DNA of 64,000 nt from Calditrichia bacterium (GTDB taxonomy: Bacteria > Calditrichota > Calditrichia > RBG-13-44-9 > J075), in the NCBI GenBank assembly GCA_050633245.1, contig JBOEGD010000024.1:1-64000 (forward strand), given 5' to 3'. Made by a program: the position numbers and the translations under genes. Below, piece after piece: positions 19,813 through 30,084 of this stretch; within the stretch, counting starts at the first letter, position 1; each line of letters opens with the position of its first letter. The notes under the pieces are model-generated. The model had not been told where the DNA came from. It worked only from the letters and a program-made list of their open reading frames with translations, and made no database searches.

Positions 19813-20769
19813 TTACTTTTTCCCGTATAATGCTTTTAGCAGCCGACTGGTTGCCCCGCCTCTTCCCATCGTATAAACGTGCAGACCTGGAACACCGTAG
19901 TCGAAAAGTTTCTCGCAGAGCTCGATGGTCTTTTTGGTTGCTGCAAGACGCAGTTGCTCCGGCGTTTTAGCGCTCTCCATTGCTTGTACAAAGTGCTGCG
20001 GGATAGTTACGTGAAACAGTCTTGGAATAGTCGACAGGTGCCGAAGGCTGCTAATGGGTTTAATGCCCGGAATAATAGGAACGGTAATGCCTGCCTCGCG
20101 GGCCCGCTCAACAAAATTTCGATAGTATTCGAAGTCGAAAAACATTTGAGTCAAAATGTAGTGAGCGCCCTGCTCGACCTTTCGCTTTAGATGCTCCAGA
20201 TCTTTTTCAAGATTAGGAGATTCAAAGTGCTTTTCCGGATACCCTGCCACACCGATGCAAAAGTTTGTCGGTTGTGCTTCTTCCAGATCTTCCATGTAAT
20301 TGCCATCGTTCATATTGCGAATTTGCCCAACCAAATCGGACGCATAGCGATAGCCATCGCGATGAGGAATAAAGCTGCTTTCACCAACTGCCGGGTCACC
20401 TCGCAGTGCGAGAATGTTTGTAATGCCGAGATAGTGGAGATCCATAAGAGCATCTTCTGTCTCAAACTTCGAGAATCCACCGCAGATAAAGTGCGGAATC
20501 GTCTCTATATCAAACCTGTTGCCTATGGAAGCACAAATCCCGACGGTGCCGGGCTTTTTACGCTTAGGAATACGATAGATAACACCGTCTTTATCTTCAT
20601 AAAAAACCTGCGCCTGGTGATAGGTTACGCTCACAAAGGCAGGTTTAAACGGAGCGAGTGTTTCCATTGTGTCATATAGGCCATCTATTTTAGTCCCTTT
20701 ATTTGGCGGAGTTATCTCTAATGACAATACCGGAGACTTAGACTTTTCTATTGCTTCAATAACCTTCAT
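19813..20769 (-). CDS. metF: 5,10-methylenetetrahydrofolate reductase
   Basis: SLEITPP, LALRGD, VAGYPEKH, LKRKV..GA..ILTQMFFD, PIIPGIKP, GLHVYTM. Confidence 0.96.
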   Translation of the reverse strand: MKVIEAIEKSKSPVLSLEITPPNKGTKIDGLYDTMETLAPFKPAFVSVTYHQAQVFYEDKDGVIYRIPKRKKPGTVGICASIGNRFDIETIPHFICGGFSKFETEDALMDLHYLGITNILALRGDPAVGESSFIPHRDGYRYASDLVGQIRNMNDGNYMEDLEEAQPTNFCIGVAGYPEKHFESPNLEKDLEHLKRKVEQGAHYILTQMFFDFEYYRNFVERAREAGITVPIIPGIKPISSLRHLSTIPRLFHVTIPQHFVQAMESAKTPEQLRLAATKKTIELCEKLFDYGVPGLHVYTMGRGGATSRLLKALYGKK

Positions 20770-21049
20770 GGTTTTTAGATCCTTCAGTGGGAGTGTTAGC
20801 GTAGATGAAAAACGTTGAGTTCTAGAGTGAACTATGCCGCTTTGGAATAGCCCATAAAATACATCTTACACGTTACGGCAAGCAAGAAGAAAGATGATTC
20901 GGGGGCACTATGATGCACTTGCAGTGTGCCGACCGCGTGCAATTTGCAGACTTACTTTCTATCTGACTAACGAACTTTTACAGTTGCCAGCCAGATAGGG
21001 AATTCGAATGTCACCCATGGCAGCCTCGATACGACTGACCGCCGATCGG

Positions 21050-22408
21050 TTATTTTCCGGACTTTTCTTTCTTTTTCAGCGGTTTTTCAAACGCTTCGTT
21101 GCTTTCGGATGCACCTGCTTGAATAGAATTGGCGATTTCTTTTTGATACATATGGTCATCTTCAATTAGATAGCGGAATTCCTTCTCGAATTTACTCGTT
21201 CCGGTTGCGCAAACTGCAGCGTACTTCGCCATTGTGTGCGGATCTTCAATGTCGTATCGGTTCAGACGTAACATATAGCGTCTTGCGATAAAATAAGATT
21301 CCGAGTTAATGTCAACCATGCGAACTTTGGTCTTATTGGTAACAGGATCGAGAATGTCCTTGAAGTAAAGTGGTACGAAGTGACCGTTTTGAACTGAAAC
21401 CATCGCGGCATTTCCGCCTTCGAGAATAAACTGAGCGGCACAAAATCCCAGGTCACGGGTATATTCCATGTCAAAAGGAATTGGATCGGCACATCGTAAC
21501 TCATAGCCGATATTCTTTTCTACCAGAGTCACTTCTAATCCAAAGTCTTTCAGGCGATTGCGAACGGCGCTTTTTACAATTTCGCCAAAGTTTACTTCTG
21601 CTAGGCGAATGTGGCCGTGGGCATCCTTTTCAACTTGTTCGAGGTCTTGTAAATCTTTGGGATCGAGTCGTTCAACTAATCCTTCAGCCAGTACGGCAAC
21701 GCCGTTCTGACGGCCATAGCTGAGTCTCTTTATAATCGAACCGACTATAATGTCTACAATATGGTGCAGGCGAATCTTCTCGGAAGTGAATTCTTCCGGA
21801 ATAAGAGTCAATGTTGCGCCTGCTGCCTTGCCGATTCCCAGTGCCAGGTGGCCGGCTTTCCGTCCCATGGAAACTACAAGATACCATCTTTTTGTTGTTT
21901 GAGCATCAACCATCAGGCTTTGCACGATATCTACTCCGACGTGGCGAGCGGTCTGATAGCCAAAGGTTGGTATACCATGTGGCAGGTCCAGGTCGTTGTC
22001 AATTGTTTTCGGTACGTGAATTACGTGAATTCGGCCATTGGCGGCCTCTTCTATTTTCATGGCAGAGAAAGCGGTATCGTCTCCGCCAATGGTAATCAGC
22101 TTGTCTACATTTAGTCTGAGCAATGAGGTGACAGCTGCTTCAAGCGTCTCCTGTTTCTTCGTGGGGTTATCGCGGGCAATACCGAGAAATGAACCACCTC
22201 GGAAGTGTATTCTGCTGATGTTTTCAATATTGAGTTCTTTCACTTGCGAAATATCGCCTCGCATGATGTGCTTAAATCCTTCCTGCACTCCAACAACCTC
22301 AACACCTTCAAGTTCTGCTCGTATTGTTGCTGCTCCAATTACACTGTTAATCCCGGGAGCGGGCCCGCCGCCACAGAGAATTGCAAGTTTTTTCGGGGTC
22401 TTAGACAT
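21050..22408 (-). CDS. pfp: Pyrophosphate-dependent phosphofructokinase
   Basis: GGGPAPGIN, GGDDT (Asp signature of PPi use), PKTIDNDL, MGR, GYELRC. Confidence 0.92.
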   Translation of the reverse strand: MSKTPKKLAILCGGGPAPGINSVIGAATIRAELEGVEVVGVQEGFKHIMRGDISQVKELNIENISRIHFRGGSFLGIARDNPTKKQETLEAAVTSLLRLNVDKLITIGGDDTAFSAMKIEEAANGRIHVIHVPKTIDNDLDLPHGIPTFGYQTARHVGVDIVQSLMVDAQTTKRWYLVVSMGRKAGHLALGIGKAAGATLTLIPEEFTSEKIRLHHIVDIIVGSIIKRLSYGRQNGVAVLAEGLVERLDPKDLQDLEQVEKDAHGHIRLAEVNFGEIVKSAVRNRLKDFGLEVTLVEKNIGYELRCADPIPFDMEYTRDLGFCAAQFILEGGNAAMVSVQNGHFVPLYFKDILDPVTNKTKVRMVDINSESYFIARRYMLRLNRYDIEDPHTMAKYAAVCATGTSKFEKEFRYLIEDDHMYQKEIANSIQAGASESNEAFEKPLKKKEKSGK

Positions 22409-22732
22409 TTCTCAATCCTTCTTTTCTTTATTTATGTAATTGAAGCCTTTGCTCTTAATCTTGGTAAGAAAGAGGTGTGTTGCGCAAAAAATATTTAAGT
22501 ACGCAATGTACTACAAGATCGCTGAAAATTCAACTCTCAGATGTAACATTTCTTGAATTTTAACGTCTTTGAAATTTATACATAGTTTAGCAGTAACTGT
22601 TGTATTGGCTTGGATTGCGTTGAGAAATGGAACTTTATTCCATGACTCTGCATAAACCAAGGAGGCAGGTGCCTGATTGTTAGCGCTGCTCAATTTGTCA
22701 GACTGATGTTAAAATAGCACAAGGAGGCTTTT

Positions 22733-22816
22733 ATGAAGCGTCTTTTGTTTTTGGGAACGTGGCTATGCTTTATCGGATTGCTGTCTTACGAGTTTATTCG
22801 AGCACTAGCGTCTTAG
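22733..22816 (+). CDS. Unannotated 27-aa single-TM small protein MKRLLFLGTWLCFIGLLSYEFIRALAS
   Basis: AAGGAGG SD 5 nt before the ATG; hydrophobic helix; dedicated terminator immediately downstream. Confidence 0.6.
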   Translation: MKRLLFLGTWLCFIGLLSYEFIRALAS

Positions 22817-22833
22817 AATAAAAGTTGTCCCAG

Positions 22834-22872
22834 GAAGAAGCCGCGCGGCAGTAGCTGTGCGGCTTCTTCTTT
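22834..22872 (+). terminator. Terminator hairpin after the small ORF
   Basis: 16-bp stem GAAGAAGCCGCGCGGC/GCTGTGCGGCTTCTTC with two G-U pairs that only form on the + strand, then TTT. Confidence 0.75.
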
Positions 22873-23020
22873 AATAAGGCTTTGCCAATTGTGTCACTGA
22901 ACAGTGTTTAAGTATTCATGTTTATAGCTTGATTTTTAGCGTTCGAGTCGGTAAACTTTTTTACATAGCAACTTCTAACTTAGTCACGATATATAATTAC
23001 AGGTCTATAAGGAGGACTGT

Positions 23021-24313
23021 ATGACACAAGCTCTAAGAACTCTTTTCCTGCTGGTGTTTTGTGCCGGATGCGCATGGGCTTCAGGATTCAACATTAATGA
23101 AGCCGGTGCACGTGCAACTTCTATGGGAAATGCCGTTACCGGACAGGCGTACGATGCATCGACGCTGTTTTATAATCCTGCCGGAATTGGTTTTTTGGAT
23201 GGCACTAATGTCTATGGTGCGGTCACTTTAATTACACCGCAGTCAAGCTTTGTGGGAGCAGCCCCCCTCTTTGACAACACAATTCATAACACCCAAGACA
23301 AAGTTTTCCCCCCGGTTGGTCTGCATATTTCTCATCGTTTTAATGATAAAATCGCCGCTGGTTTTTCTCTGAGCAATCCCTTTGGACTTGGTGTCTTTTG
23401 GGAAGAAGATTTCCCCGGAAGATTTATTTCGCGTGAAGTCGATCTGAAGTCCTTCTACGTAAGTCCGGTTGTCGCATACCGCGCCTCAGAGGAATTTAGC
23501 TTTGGACTGGGATTAGACATCGTTTTAGCACATGTAAGCCTTACCCGGAATCTGCTTGGGTTTGGCAGCGGAGGTTCTCCCGGGACCGAAGTGGGCGAAG
23601 TAGAGCTAAGCGGAAATTCGAATATTAGCGTTGGGTTTACGGCGAGCATGCTTTATAAGGCCAGCCGTGGTGGTGCCGGTATCTTCTATCGCCACAATGT
23701 TAAGAATGAATTCGAAGATGCCGATGCGAATTTTACAGTATACGACGTTGCCGCTCGTGACTTGGTTATCGCAGGTATTGCCGGACCGATGAATGAATTT
23801 GGCCTGAGCCAGTCCGGAAATGCAGAACTGAACTTTCCCGCTTATCTAAGTGTTGGCGTTCACTACATGGCTACAGATAAGTTGGGATTTGCTCTGGACG
23901 GCACCTTTTTTCGCTGGAGCGTAAATGACGAAATTCCGCTGCGCTTCGAGAACCCGGATTTGGATCAGGATATTCCTCAACATTATGATAATTCTCTGCA
24001 GCTTCGCATTGGTGCGGAATATGAGCTTTCTGAGTCCTTCGCTCTGCGCGCAGGTTATATACATGACCAAACACCACAGCCTATTGAAATTACCAGTCCA
24101 TTACTTCCGGATGATACGCGTAACAACTGGTCTGGCGGAATTGGCTATAAGCGTGGAAATATGAGCTTTGACCTCGGCTATATGTATGTTGGAATTGGCG
24201 ACCGCAATACGGTTGTTGATGGTGTAGGACAGAATGAAAATGGTTTTGACGGTGTGTATACCGCTAATGCGCATCTGTATCTGCTAGGTTTTGGATACAG
24301 TTTTAATCAATAA
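23021..24313 (+). CDS. fadL: OmpP1/FadL-family long-chain fatty-acid outer-membrane transporter
   Basis: ASGF.INE.GARA.SMGNA, DAST.FYNPAG, PFGL, LRAGY..DQTP, PLLPD..R, C-terminal YSF. Confidence 0.9.
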   Translation: MTQALRTLFLLVFCAGCAWASGFNINEAGARATSMGNAVTGQAYDASTLFYNPAGIGFLDGTNVYGAVTLITPQSSFVGAAPLFDNTIHNTQDKVFPPVGLHISHRFNDKIAAGFSLSNPFGLGVFWEEDFPGRFISREVDLKSFYVSPVVAYRASEEFSFGLGLDIVLAHVSLTRNLLGFGSGGSPGTEVGEVELSGNSNISVGFTASMLYKASRGGAGIFYRHNVKNEFEDADANFTVYDVAARDLVIAGIAGPMNEFGLSQSGNAELNFPAYLSVGVHYMATDKLGFALDGTFFRWSVNDEIPLRFENPDLDQDIPQHYDNSLQLRIGAEYELSESFALRAGYIHDQTPQPIEITSPLLPDDTRNNWSGGIGYKRGNMSFDLGYMYVGIGDRNTVVDGVGQNENGFDGVYTANAHLYLLGFGYSFNQ

Positions 24314-24339
24314 TTGTGCAAGTATTCAGGAGAATATCA

Positions 24340-25857
24340 ATGAAAAAAGTCTATATGCTTTTATTGGCTGCTGTACTTGCGGTAGCAATATCGTGTAGTC
24401 CGGCCGATCCGGTTCAGGAAATGTTGGTAAGCCCAACCCAAACCGACCTTGTCTTTAGTAAAGTTGTGGCCCTCGGTAATAGTATTACAGCCGGATTTCA
24501 GTCTGGTGGATGGGTAAGTGGAGCACAAAATACAAATTTTGGAACGATTATTTCTCAGCAAATGGGTATGGGTGGCACATTTGTACAGCCGCTTATTGGT
24601 GAGCCGGGAATTGGAACAATTGATGCAGCAACCGGTGCCGCGTTTGGACCCTTGCAGTATACCGGCGGTGCCATTGTACAAGGTGACCCAATACCGGGTG
24701 GAGCAGCCGGTGTACCGGCACTGTTTTTTGCTGGTGGTAATGCCGAGATTCCTCGTCCATTCGATAACTTGGCGATTCCCGGTGCGGACGTAAATGATCT
24801 GGATAACTCCATCACCAGTGCGTCCAACGGTAACCCGCTATACGACCTGGTGCTTCGCAATCCGACATTTGGCAATACGACTCAGGTTGATCAGGCTATA
24901 TTGCTGCAGCCGAGTCTGGTCTATTTATGGATTGGCAATAATGACGTTCTCGGTGCTGCGCTTGGCGGAACCACGGTTGGTACCATCACTGCTCAAACGG
25001 ACTTTGATGCTCGTCTTGATGGGGTGCTTGATCGCCTGCAGAACGAGACGAATGCACAGATCCTGATGGTTAACATTCCGGACGTTACCGCTATTCCTTA
25101 TGTTAATCTGTTGAATAATAGCGCCGTTTCGAATTTGGTCGATCTTGGTGCTGGACCGCAGCCGGTGGTATTTGACGCAACCGGAGCCCCGGTAAATTTT
25201 TCACCTCCGGGGCAACCTCCGTTATTTTTACCGCTATTAACCGAAGAAACCGGCGTGCAATTTTGCTTGCTGCCGTTTGTCAGTCAGTATTTAGCGACCG
25301 GATTAGGCGTGCCGGACAGTCTGGCATTGACGCAGATTTTGCCTGCGCCAATTCAGCCACTCATTCCGCAACTCATCGCCGGTATGCAGGCAAATGGCAT
25401 TAATCCAAGCGGTGTACCGGTTCCCGGGAACCTTACTTTGACAGCTACTGAAATCACTACGATTCAAGCAGCTGTTACCGGATTTAATGCAAAAATTTCA
25501 AGCGCCGCTACCAGTCGTGGTTTGATTCTTGTTGACGCGTTTGCCAGGTTTAATGAACTGGTTGCCGCAGGTGTTGCTGGTATCGACGGCGTATCATCTT
25601 TCTTTGTCTTCCAAGACCCTGCCCGTACGGTATTTAGTTTGGATGGATTTCATCCGAGTGATGCCGGGCATGCCTATATGGCTCGCGAAGTAATTCGCGT
25701 TTTAAACGGAATACCAGGTATTTCTATACCAGAGCCGAACCCAGCTGATTTTGCCGGCCAGTATTTAAGCGGCGTGGCCAAGACAAATACGATGGCTATT
25801 GAGCCAGGTCTAATTGAGGATGTTGCGAAGCGGTTTATTCGTCAGCGTGCTGAATAA
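24340..25857 (+). CDS. SGNH/GDSL lipolytic lipoprotein
   Basis: SD AGGAG; lipobox AISC; block I LGNSITAG, NLAIPGA, WIGNNDVLG, block V DGFHP. Confidence 0.9.
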   Translation: MKKVYMLLLAAVLAVAISCSPADPVQEMLVSPTQTDLVFSKVVALGNSITAGFQSGGWVSGAQNTNFGTIISQQMGMGGTFVQPLIGEPGIGTIDAATGAAFGPLQYTGGAIVQGDPIPGGAAGVPALFFAGGNAEIPRPFDNLAIPGADVNDLDNSITSASNGNPLYDLVLRNPTFGNTTQVDQAILLQPSLVYLWIGNNDVLGAALGGTTVGTITAQTDFDARLDGVLDRLQNETNAQILMVNIPDVTAIPYVNLLNNSAVSNLVDLGAGPQPVVFDATGAPVNFSPPGQPPLFLPLLTEETGVQFCLLPFVSQYLATGLGVPDSLALTQILPAPIQPLIPQLIAGMQANGINPSGVPVPGNLTLTATEITTIQAAVTGFNAKISSAATSRGLILVDAFARFNELVAAGVAGIDGVSSFFVFQDPARTVFSLDGFHPSDAGHAYMAREVIRVLNGIPGISIPEPNPADFAGQYLSGVAKTNTMAIEPGLIEDVAKRFIRQRAE

Positions 25858-25878
25858 GTATTTCTGCTTAAAAGATAT

Positions 25879-25919
25879 AAAAAAGCCCTCGTTTTGTTAT
25901 GCAAAACGGGGGCTTTTTT
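25879..25919. terminator. Bidirectional terminator between convergent genes
   Basis: AAAAAAGCCCTCGTTTTG-loop-CAAAACGGGGGCTTTTTT. Confidence 0.8.
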
Positions 25920-25939
25920 ATTATAACGAAAATTGTGGA

Positions 25940-27247
25940 TTAAGCGTTTTCTTTACTGAAGTCATAAAGAGGAAATTGACTACAAAGTTCAGCAATTTCA
26001 GTCTTTACCTGCGCATACACTTGCTTGTCATCTACGTTTTTAAGCGTGCGATCGATAAAGCGTGCGACTTGCTTCATTTCATTCTCTTTAAAGCCGCGTG
26101 TGGTAAGCGCAGCCGTTCCAAGACGAATGCCACTGGTAACAAATGGACTGCGTTTGTCGAAAGGAACCATGTTTTTGTTAACGGTAATACCTGCCTCATG
26201 TAGCGCATTCTCTGCAACCTTACCACTTTTACCAGTATTGGTGAGATCTACCAGCATAACGTGGTTCTCGGTGCCTCCAGAGACGATCTCATACCCAAGT
26301 TCGATAAGTTCTGTGGCCAGAGCATTGGCATTTTTTATAATTTGTGCTGCATACTCTTTGAATGACGGTTGAAGTGCTTCTTTGTAGGCAACTGCTTTAG
26401 CGGCAATAACATGCATAAGCGGGCCGCCCTGAACGCCCGGCATCACTGCACTGTCTATTAGCTCGGAAAGCATCTTCACGCGACCTGATTTGGGTGCAAC
26501 GATTCCCATGCGATTTTCTCTGTCTTTTCCCATCAAAATCATGCCTCCACGTGGCCCACGCAATGTTTTGTGAGTCGTTGTCGTTACCACATCGCAATAC
26601 GGCATAGGAGAGGGATGCAGCCCGGCGGCAATTAGTCCTGAAGGATGTGCTACGTCTGCCCAGAGGATTGCGCCAACTTCGTCGGCGATCTCACGAAACT
26701 TGTCAAATTCATAGAAGCGGCTGTAGGCTGAAGCACCAACGATAATCATACGCGGTTTAGACTCACGTGCCTTGGCAGCTACAATATCCATATTAATCCG
26801 GCCGGTTGTCTCGTCGACACCATAAGAAACGATGTTGTAGAGTTTACCTGAAAAGTTTACCGGACTGCCGTGAGTAAGGTGTCCACCATGGGCAAGATCC
26901 ATTCCCAGGATCGTATCTCCGGGTTTGCAAAAGGTTAGGTAAATGGCAAGATTGGCATTTGCTCCGGAATGTGGCTGAACGTTGGCATATTCGGCATTAA
27001 ACAGCTCTTTTGCCCGATCTCGTGCGATGTTTTCAGCTACATCGACCCATTCACAGCCGCCATAATAGCGCTTACCGGGATAGCCCTCGGCATATTTGTT
27101 TGTCATTACGCATCCCACGGTTTGCAAGACCGCTTTACTGACAAAATTTTCAGACGCGATAAGCTCCAGAGTCGTATTCTCCCGATCAACCTCCTTCATG
27201 ATAGCGTCATAGATTTCGGGATCGTACTCCTTTATGTGGTGCATCAT
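25940..27247 (-). CDS. glyA: Serine hydroxymethyltransferase
   Basis: [52 protein letters not shown]. Confidence 0.99.
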   Translation of the reverse strand: MMHHIKEYDPEIYDAIMKEVDRENTTLELIASENFVSKAVLQTVGCVMTNKYAEGYPGKRYYGGCEWVDVAENIARDRAKELFNAEYANVQPHSGANANLAIYLTFCKPGDTILGMDLAHGGHLTHGSPVNFSGKLYNIVSYGVDETTGRINMDIVAAKARESKPRMIIVGASAYSRFYEFDKFREIADEVGAILWADVAHPSGLIAAGLHPSPMPYCDVVTTTTHKTLRGPRGGMILMGKDRENRMGIVAPKSGRVKMLSELIDSAVMPGVQGGPLMHVIAAKAVAYKEALQPSFKEYAAQIIKNANALATELIELGYEIVSGGTENHVMLVDLTNTGKSGKVAENALHEAGITVNKNMVPFDKRSPFVTSGIRLGTAALTTRGFKENEMKQVARFIDRTLKNVDDKQVYAQVKTEIAELCSQFPLYDFSKENA

Positions 27248-27324
27248 GTGAAGACCTCACGGTTTATGGTGTGTTGTGGCAAAAATACCGGTGGAATTTA
27301 GTGACGGAAGAGGTAGGGGGCAAT

Positions 27325-27363
27325 AAAAAAAGAAGGCTTCCCGCAAAAACGAGAAGCCTTCTT
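27325..27363 (-). terminator. Rho-independent terminator of the TPR gene
   Basis: Minus strand AAGAAGGCTTCTCG-loop-CGGGAAGCCTTC followed by a T run. Confidence 0.75.
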
Positions 27364-27385
27364 GATAAGATCTATTGTAGCGCTA

Positions 27386-28702
27386 TTAGCCAATAATGCC
27401 TTTTAGGCAGGCATCGGCAATATTCTCACGATTGTTCTTCATGAACTTCTCTTCCTTGTTGCGGAAGAAGCCGTTGTCACGTAGTTGGTTGTATCGTTCG
27501 TTAGCCTGACCCTTGTATTTCGGATCTTTGGCAGCTTGGCGATATTGACCTGCGGCACGCTCATAAGCAAGTTTATCATCATAGATGAGTTCGCGTGAGC
27601 TACGTTTGTTAGAGCAGTAGCTGATGGCGTTCTCATAAGCAAACGCTGTAACCATATACGGAAGACCGTTGTTGGGATCAATGCGTTTTGCCTGGCTAAG
27701 ATGTTTGAATGCCGAGCCATACTGATTTAGGCTGATGTATGCCGACGCGATGCTACAAAGTACGTCCACATTTTTGGGATCCAGATTCAAGATAGTCTTG
27801 TATTGCGTTACGGCATCGCTATACTGACTTAAACCTTCATAGGCTTGTGCCATGTAACGCATAGCATCTACGTGCTTTGCATCGGCCTTAATCGTGTTTT
27901 GAAGAGCAGGAATGGCTTTCTCAAACTCACCTACCGTTACTGCTTCTTTTCCAAACGCGAAAGCAACTTTAGGATCTTCCGGATTCTTTGTATACTGACT
28001 CTCCATCAGCTCCATTGGATCTTTGCCGAAGAAGTTATACATACTCAGAAGGTCTTTACTTGCTTTTGTATCGCTCGGATCGAGTTCAGTTACTTTCTCC
28101 TGTAGCTCCAGCGAACGCTCATCTTCCATTTGAAAGAAAAGTTTGGCAAGGGTAGACAAGTAGGATTTCTCTTCCGGCTTTGAAGCAACGAGTGCTTCGT
28201 AATGCGGAACGGCACAAGTTGGTCGACCCAAAGTGCGCTGTAGATTTCCGGCACGATAGTGTAGACTGACATAATCGGGATGCTTCTCAAGTCCGCGATA
28301 AATAATCAGCAGGGTACTGTCCAGGTAAGTGGTTTTGTTGGCCTCGTCGGTTTTTGTTAATTCGAAATAAGCCTTAGCCAATTTTGAATAAACAACCTTG
28401 TAGGTTCCAACTTTGTCATTTACCAGAACTTTCCAGTAATAAGGGATAGACTTTTTATACTGCTCATGTTTGAATTCTTCCTGTCCGAAGCTGTACCAAA
28501 TTTGAATCTGCTTCTGAGGAATTGTATCTGATTGAAATTTCTCATATGGTGTTTCGAAATTGCTGGGTGTACAAACAACTTCTTCACCTGAATCCATTTC
28601 ATCATCTAATTCATCTTGGGCGAACAGCGACTGCATACCTGCAAACAAGAACGCAATCATCAAAAGTTTGACAAGTCCATTTGTTAAAACTTTGCTCTTC
28701 AC
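27386..28702 (-). CDS. Periplasmic TPR protein
   Basis: SD AGGAGG; signal peptide; multiple TPR motifs. Confidence 0.85.
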   Translation of the reverse strand: MKSKVLTNGLVKLLMIAFLFAGMQSLFAQDELDDEMDSGEEVVCTPSNFETPYEKFQSDTIPQKQIQIWYSFGQEEFKHEQYKKSIPYYWKVLVNDKVGTYKVVYSKLAKAYFELTKTDEANKTTYLDSTLLIIYRGLEKHPDYVSLHYRAGNLQRTLGRPTCAVPHYEALVASKPEEKSYLSTLAKLFFQMEDERSLELQEKVTELDPSDTKASKDLLSMYNFFGKDPMELMESQYTKNPEDPKVAFAFGKEAVTVGEFEKAIPALQNTIKADAKHVDAMRYMAQAYEGLSQYSDAVTQYKTILNLDPKNVDVLCSIASAYISLNQYGSAFKHLSQAKRIDPNNGLPYMVTAFAYENAISYCSNKRSSRELIYDDKLAYERAAGQYRQAAKDPKYKGQANERYNQLRDNGFFRNKEEKFMKNNRENIADACLKGIIG

Positions 28703-28763
28703 AATGCTCCTCCTAACGTTAATTTTTCAAGCTCAAGGGCATAGCATTTAACTTTAATCGTAT

Positions 28764-28792
28764 ATTTTAGCTCTGGCAGCTTAGACAGGCAA
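28764..28792 (-). promoter_or_regulatory. Sigma70-type promoter of the TPR gene
   Basis: TTGCCT-N17-TAAAAT about 60 nt upstream of the start codon. Confidence 0.5.
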
Positions 28793-28844
28793 GTAGATTG
28801 TGAATATTTTTTCAGAATGTTGCCTGATTTCGCCACCAAATGGT

Positions 28845-30068
28845 TTATAACCGCCCTCTAAGAAACCAGGTTTCACCCATCGAGAGTGAAATCTGGAGAT
28901 TAATAAAGCGCTCACTAGCAAGATTCTTACTGTCGTCGCCTCGTACGCCGCCAAAAATAGCGACATCGAAGCGATTTCTGGACGCGCCAAAGGGGAAGCC
29001 AAAGCCGAAACTTCCTGTATATTCCATAACCGATTCATTATTAAATCGGTAACCAAGCTGGTTTACAGAAAAGCCCCCTCGTAAATCTAACTGATTTAAG
29101 AAGCTAACGTTCCGCTTACGTAAAGAAGATCGCTCAATTCCGATTCCCATATGATACCAATCATTATAGGTTGGATCGGCAATATCGAGTGTCTGGCTGG
29201 ACTCTTGAAAGGCATAGTCGGCTGCAATATTTACGCGATTGGTCAGACCAAATGCGACCCCTGCTCCGTACTGTATCGGAAAAGAAGTGAGTTGTGCTTC
29301 GCGCTCTTCCGGCTCGATGAGAGCATCCGGATAGGTGATCTGCACATCAATTGTTGGGGCAAGGTCGGCAAATCCGGCAATCTTGAGGCGATTGGGAATC
29401 AGATCGTAGTGTCCACTAAACCCGATACCGCCGCCAAAAAGTGAATACTCCACGCTGTACACGCCGCTTATGTATTCGATTAGGTCGGCAAAGTCGGTGT
29501 CCGCGGAAAAGGGAAACTGATAGCGGTCTTCAATTGTTCCAAAGAAGAAATTACCGCTAACGCTTAAACCAAGTTGGTCGGTGGGAGCCCACATCAGATT
29601 TACCTTAGCCTGACTAATGGTTCCATCGATGATGTTGAGTTGCGGAAATGAAATGCCGCCACTCTCGACCGTTTGTGTCGTTTTGTAATCGACATGGGAA
29701 TATGGGTTCAGCGATGCACCGATCATCCAGCCGCTCTTTTTGAACGGGATAGCAAAACTTAGTCCCGTAAAAGAAGATGTAGACCATAGCTGCGATTGCC
29801 CTTCAGCTTCAAGGCTGACACGCTGATAGTCCATGGCAATACTGGCACGCGTATCGGGAGAGCTAAGCCATTGAGACACACCATAGTTGCCCAACGTAAG
29901 TGAATCTATTGAGGCGATTCCGGTATTACCCATACCAAGGCCACGTACAGTTGAGTAATATTGTTTTAGTCCAATACCATTCTTCTGCGTCGAAAAGAAA
30001 GATTGTGCAGACAGCGAAAAGGTGCACAATAATGAAATAAGTACGAAATGAACCATGCGGTTCTTCAT
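28845..30068 (-). CDS. FadL-like outer-membrane beta-barrel protein of the conserved Bacteroidota type
   Basis: ATG 30068 with SD GAGG; signal peptide; RGLGMG.TGIA N-terminal motif; PYS.V.Y; C-terminal E.WF motif. Confidence 0.75.
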   Translation of the reverse strand: MKNRMVHFVLISLLCTFSLSAQSFFSTQKNGIGLKQYYSTVRGLGMGNTGIASIDSLTLGNYGVSQWLSSPDTRASIAMDYQRVSLEAEGQSQLWSTSSFTGLSFAIPFKKSGWMIGASLNPYSHVDYKTTQTVESGGISFPQLNIIDGTISQAKVNLMWAPTDQLGLSVSGNFFFGTIEDRYQFPFSADTDFADLIEYISGVYSVEYSLFGGGIGFSGHYDLIPNRLKIAGFADLAPTIDVQITYPDALIEPEEREAQLTSFPIQYGAGVAFGLTNRVNIAADYAFQESSQTLDIADPTYNDWYHMGIGIERSSLRKRNVSFLNQLDLRGGFSVNQLGYRFNNESVMEYTGSFGFGFPFGASRNRFDVAIFGGVRGDDSKNLASERFINLQISLSMGETWFLRGRL

Positions 30069-30084
30069 TGCAAATTCCTCGTGT

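Noticed and set aside
20770-21049. SAM, SAH, THF or ZTP riboswitch upstream of metF
   Set aside because: No core motifs on the coding (minus) strand; a GCCGACCGC stretch resembling part of ZTP is on the wrong strand and lacks the CCUGGGC end
27248-27385. Glycine or ZTP riboswitch upstream of glyA
   Set aside because: The short spacer is occupied by the upstream gene's terminator and has no aptamer motifs
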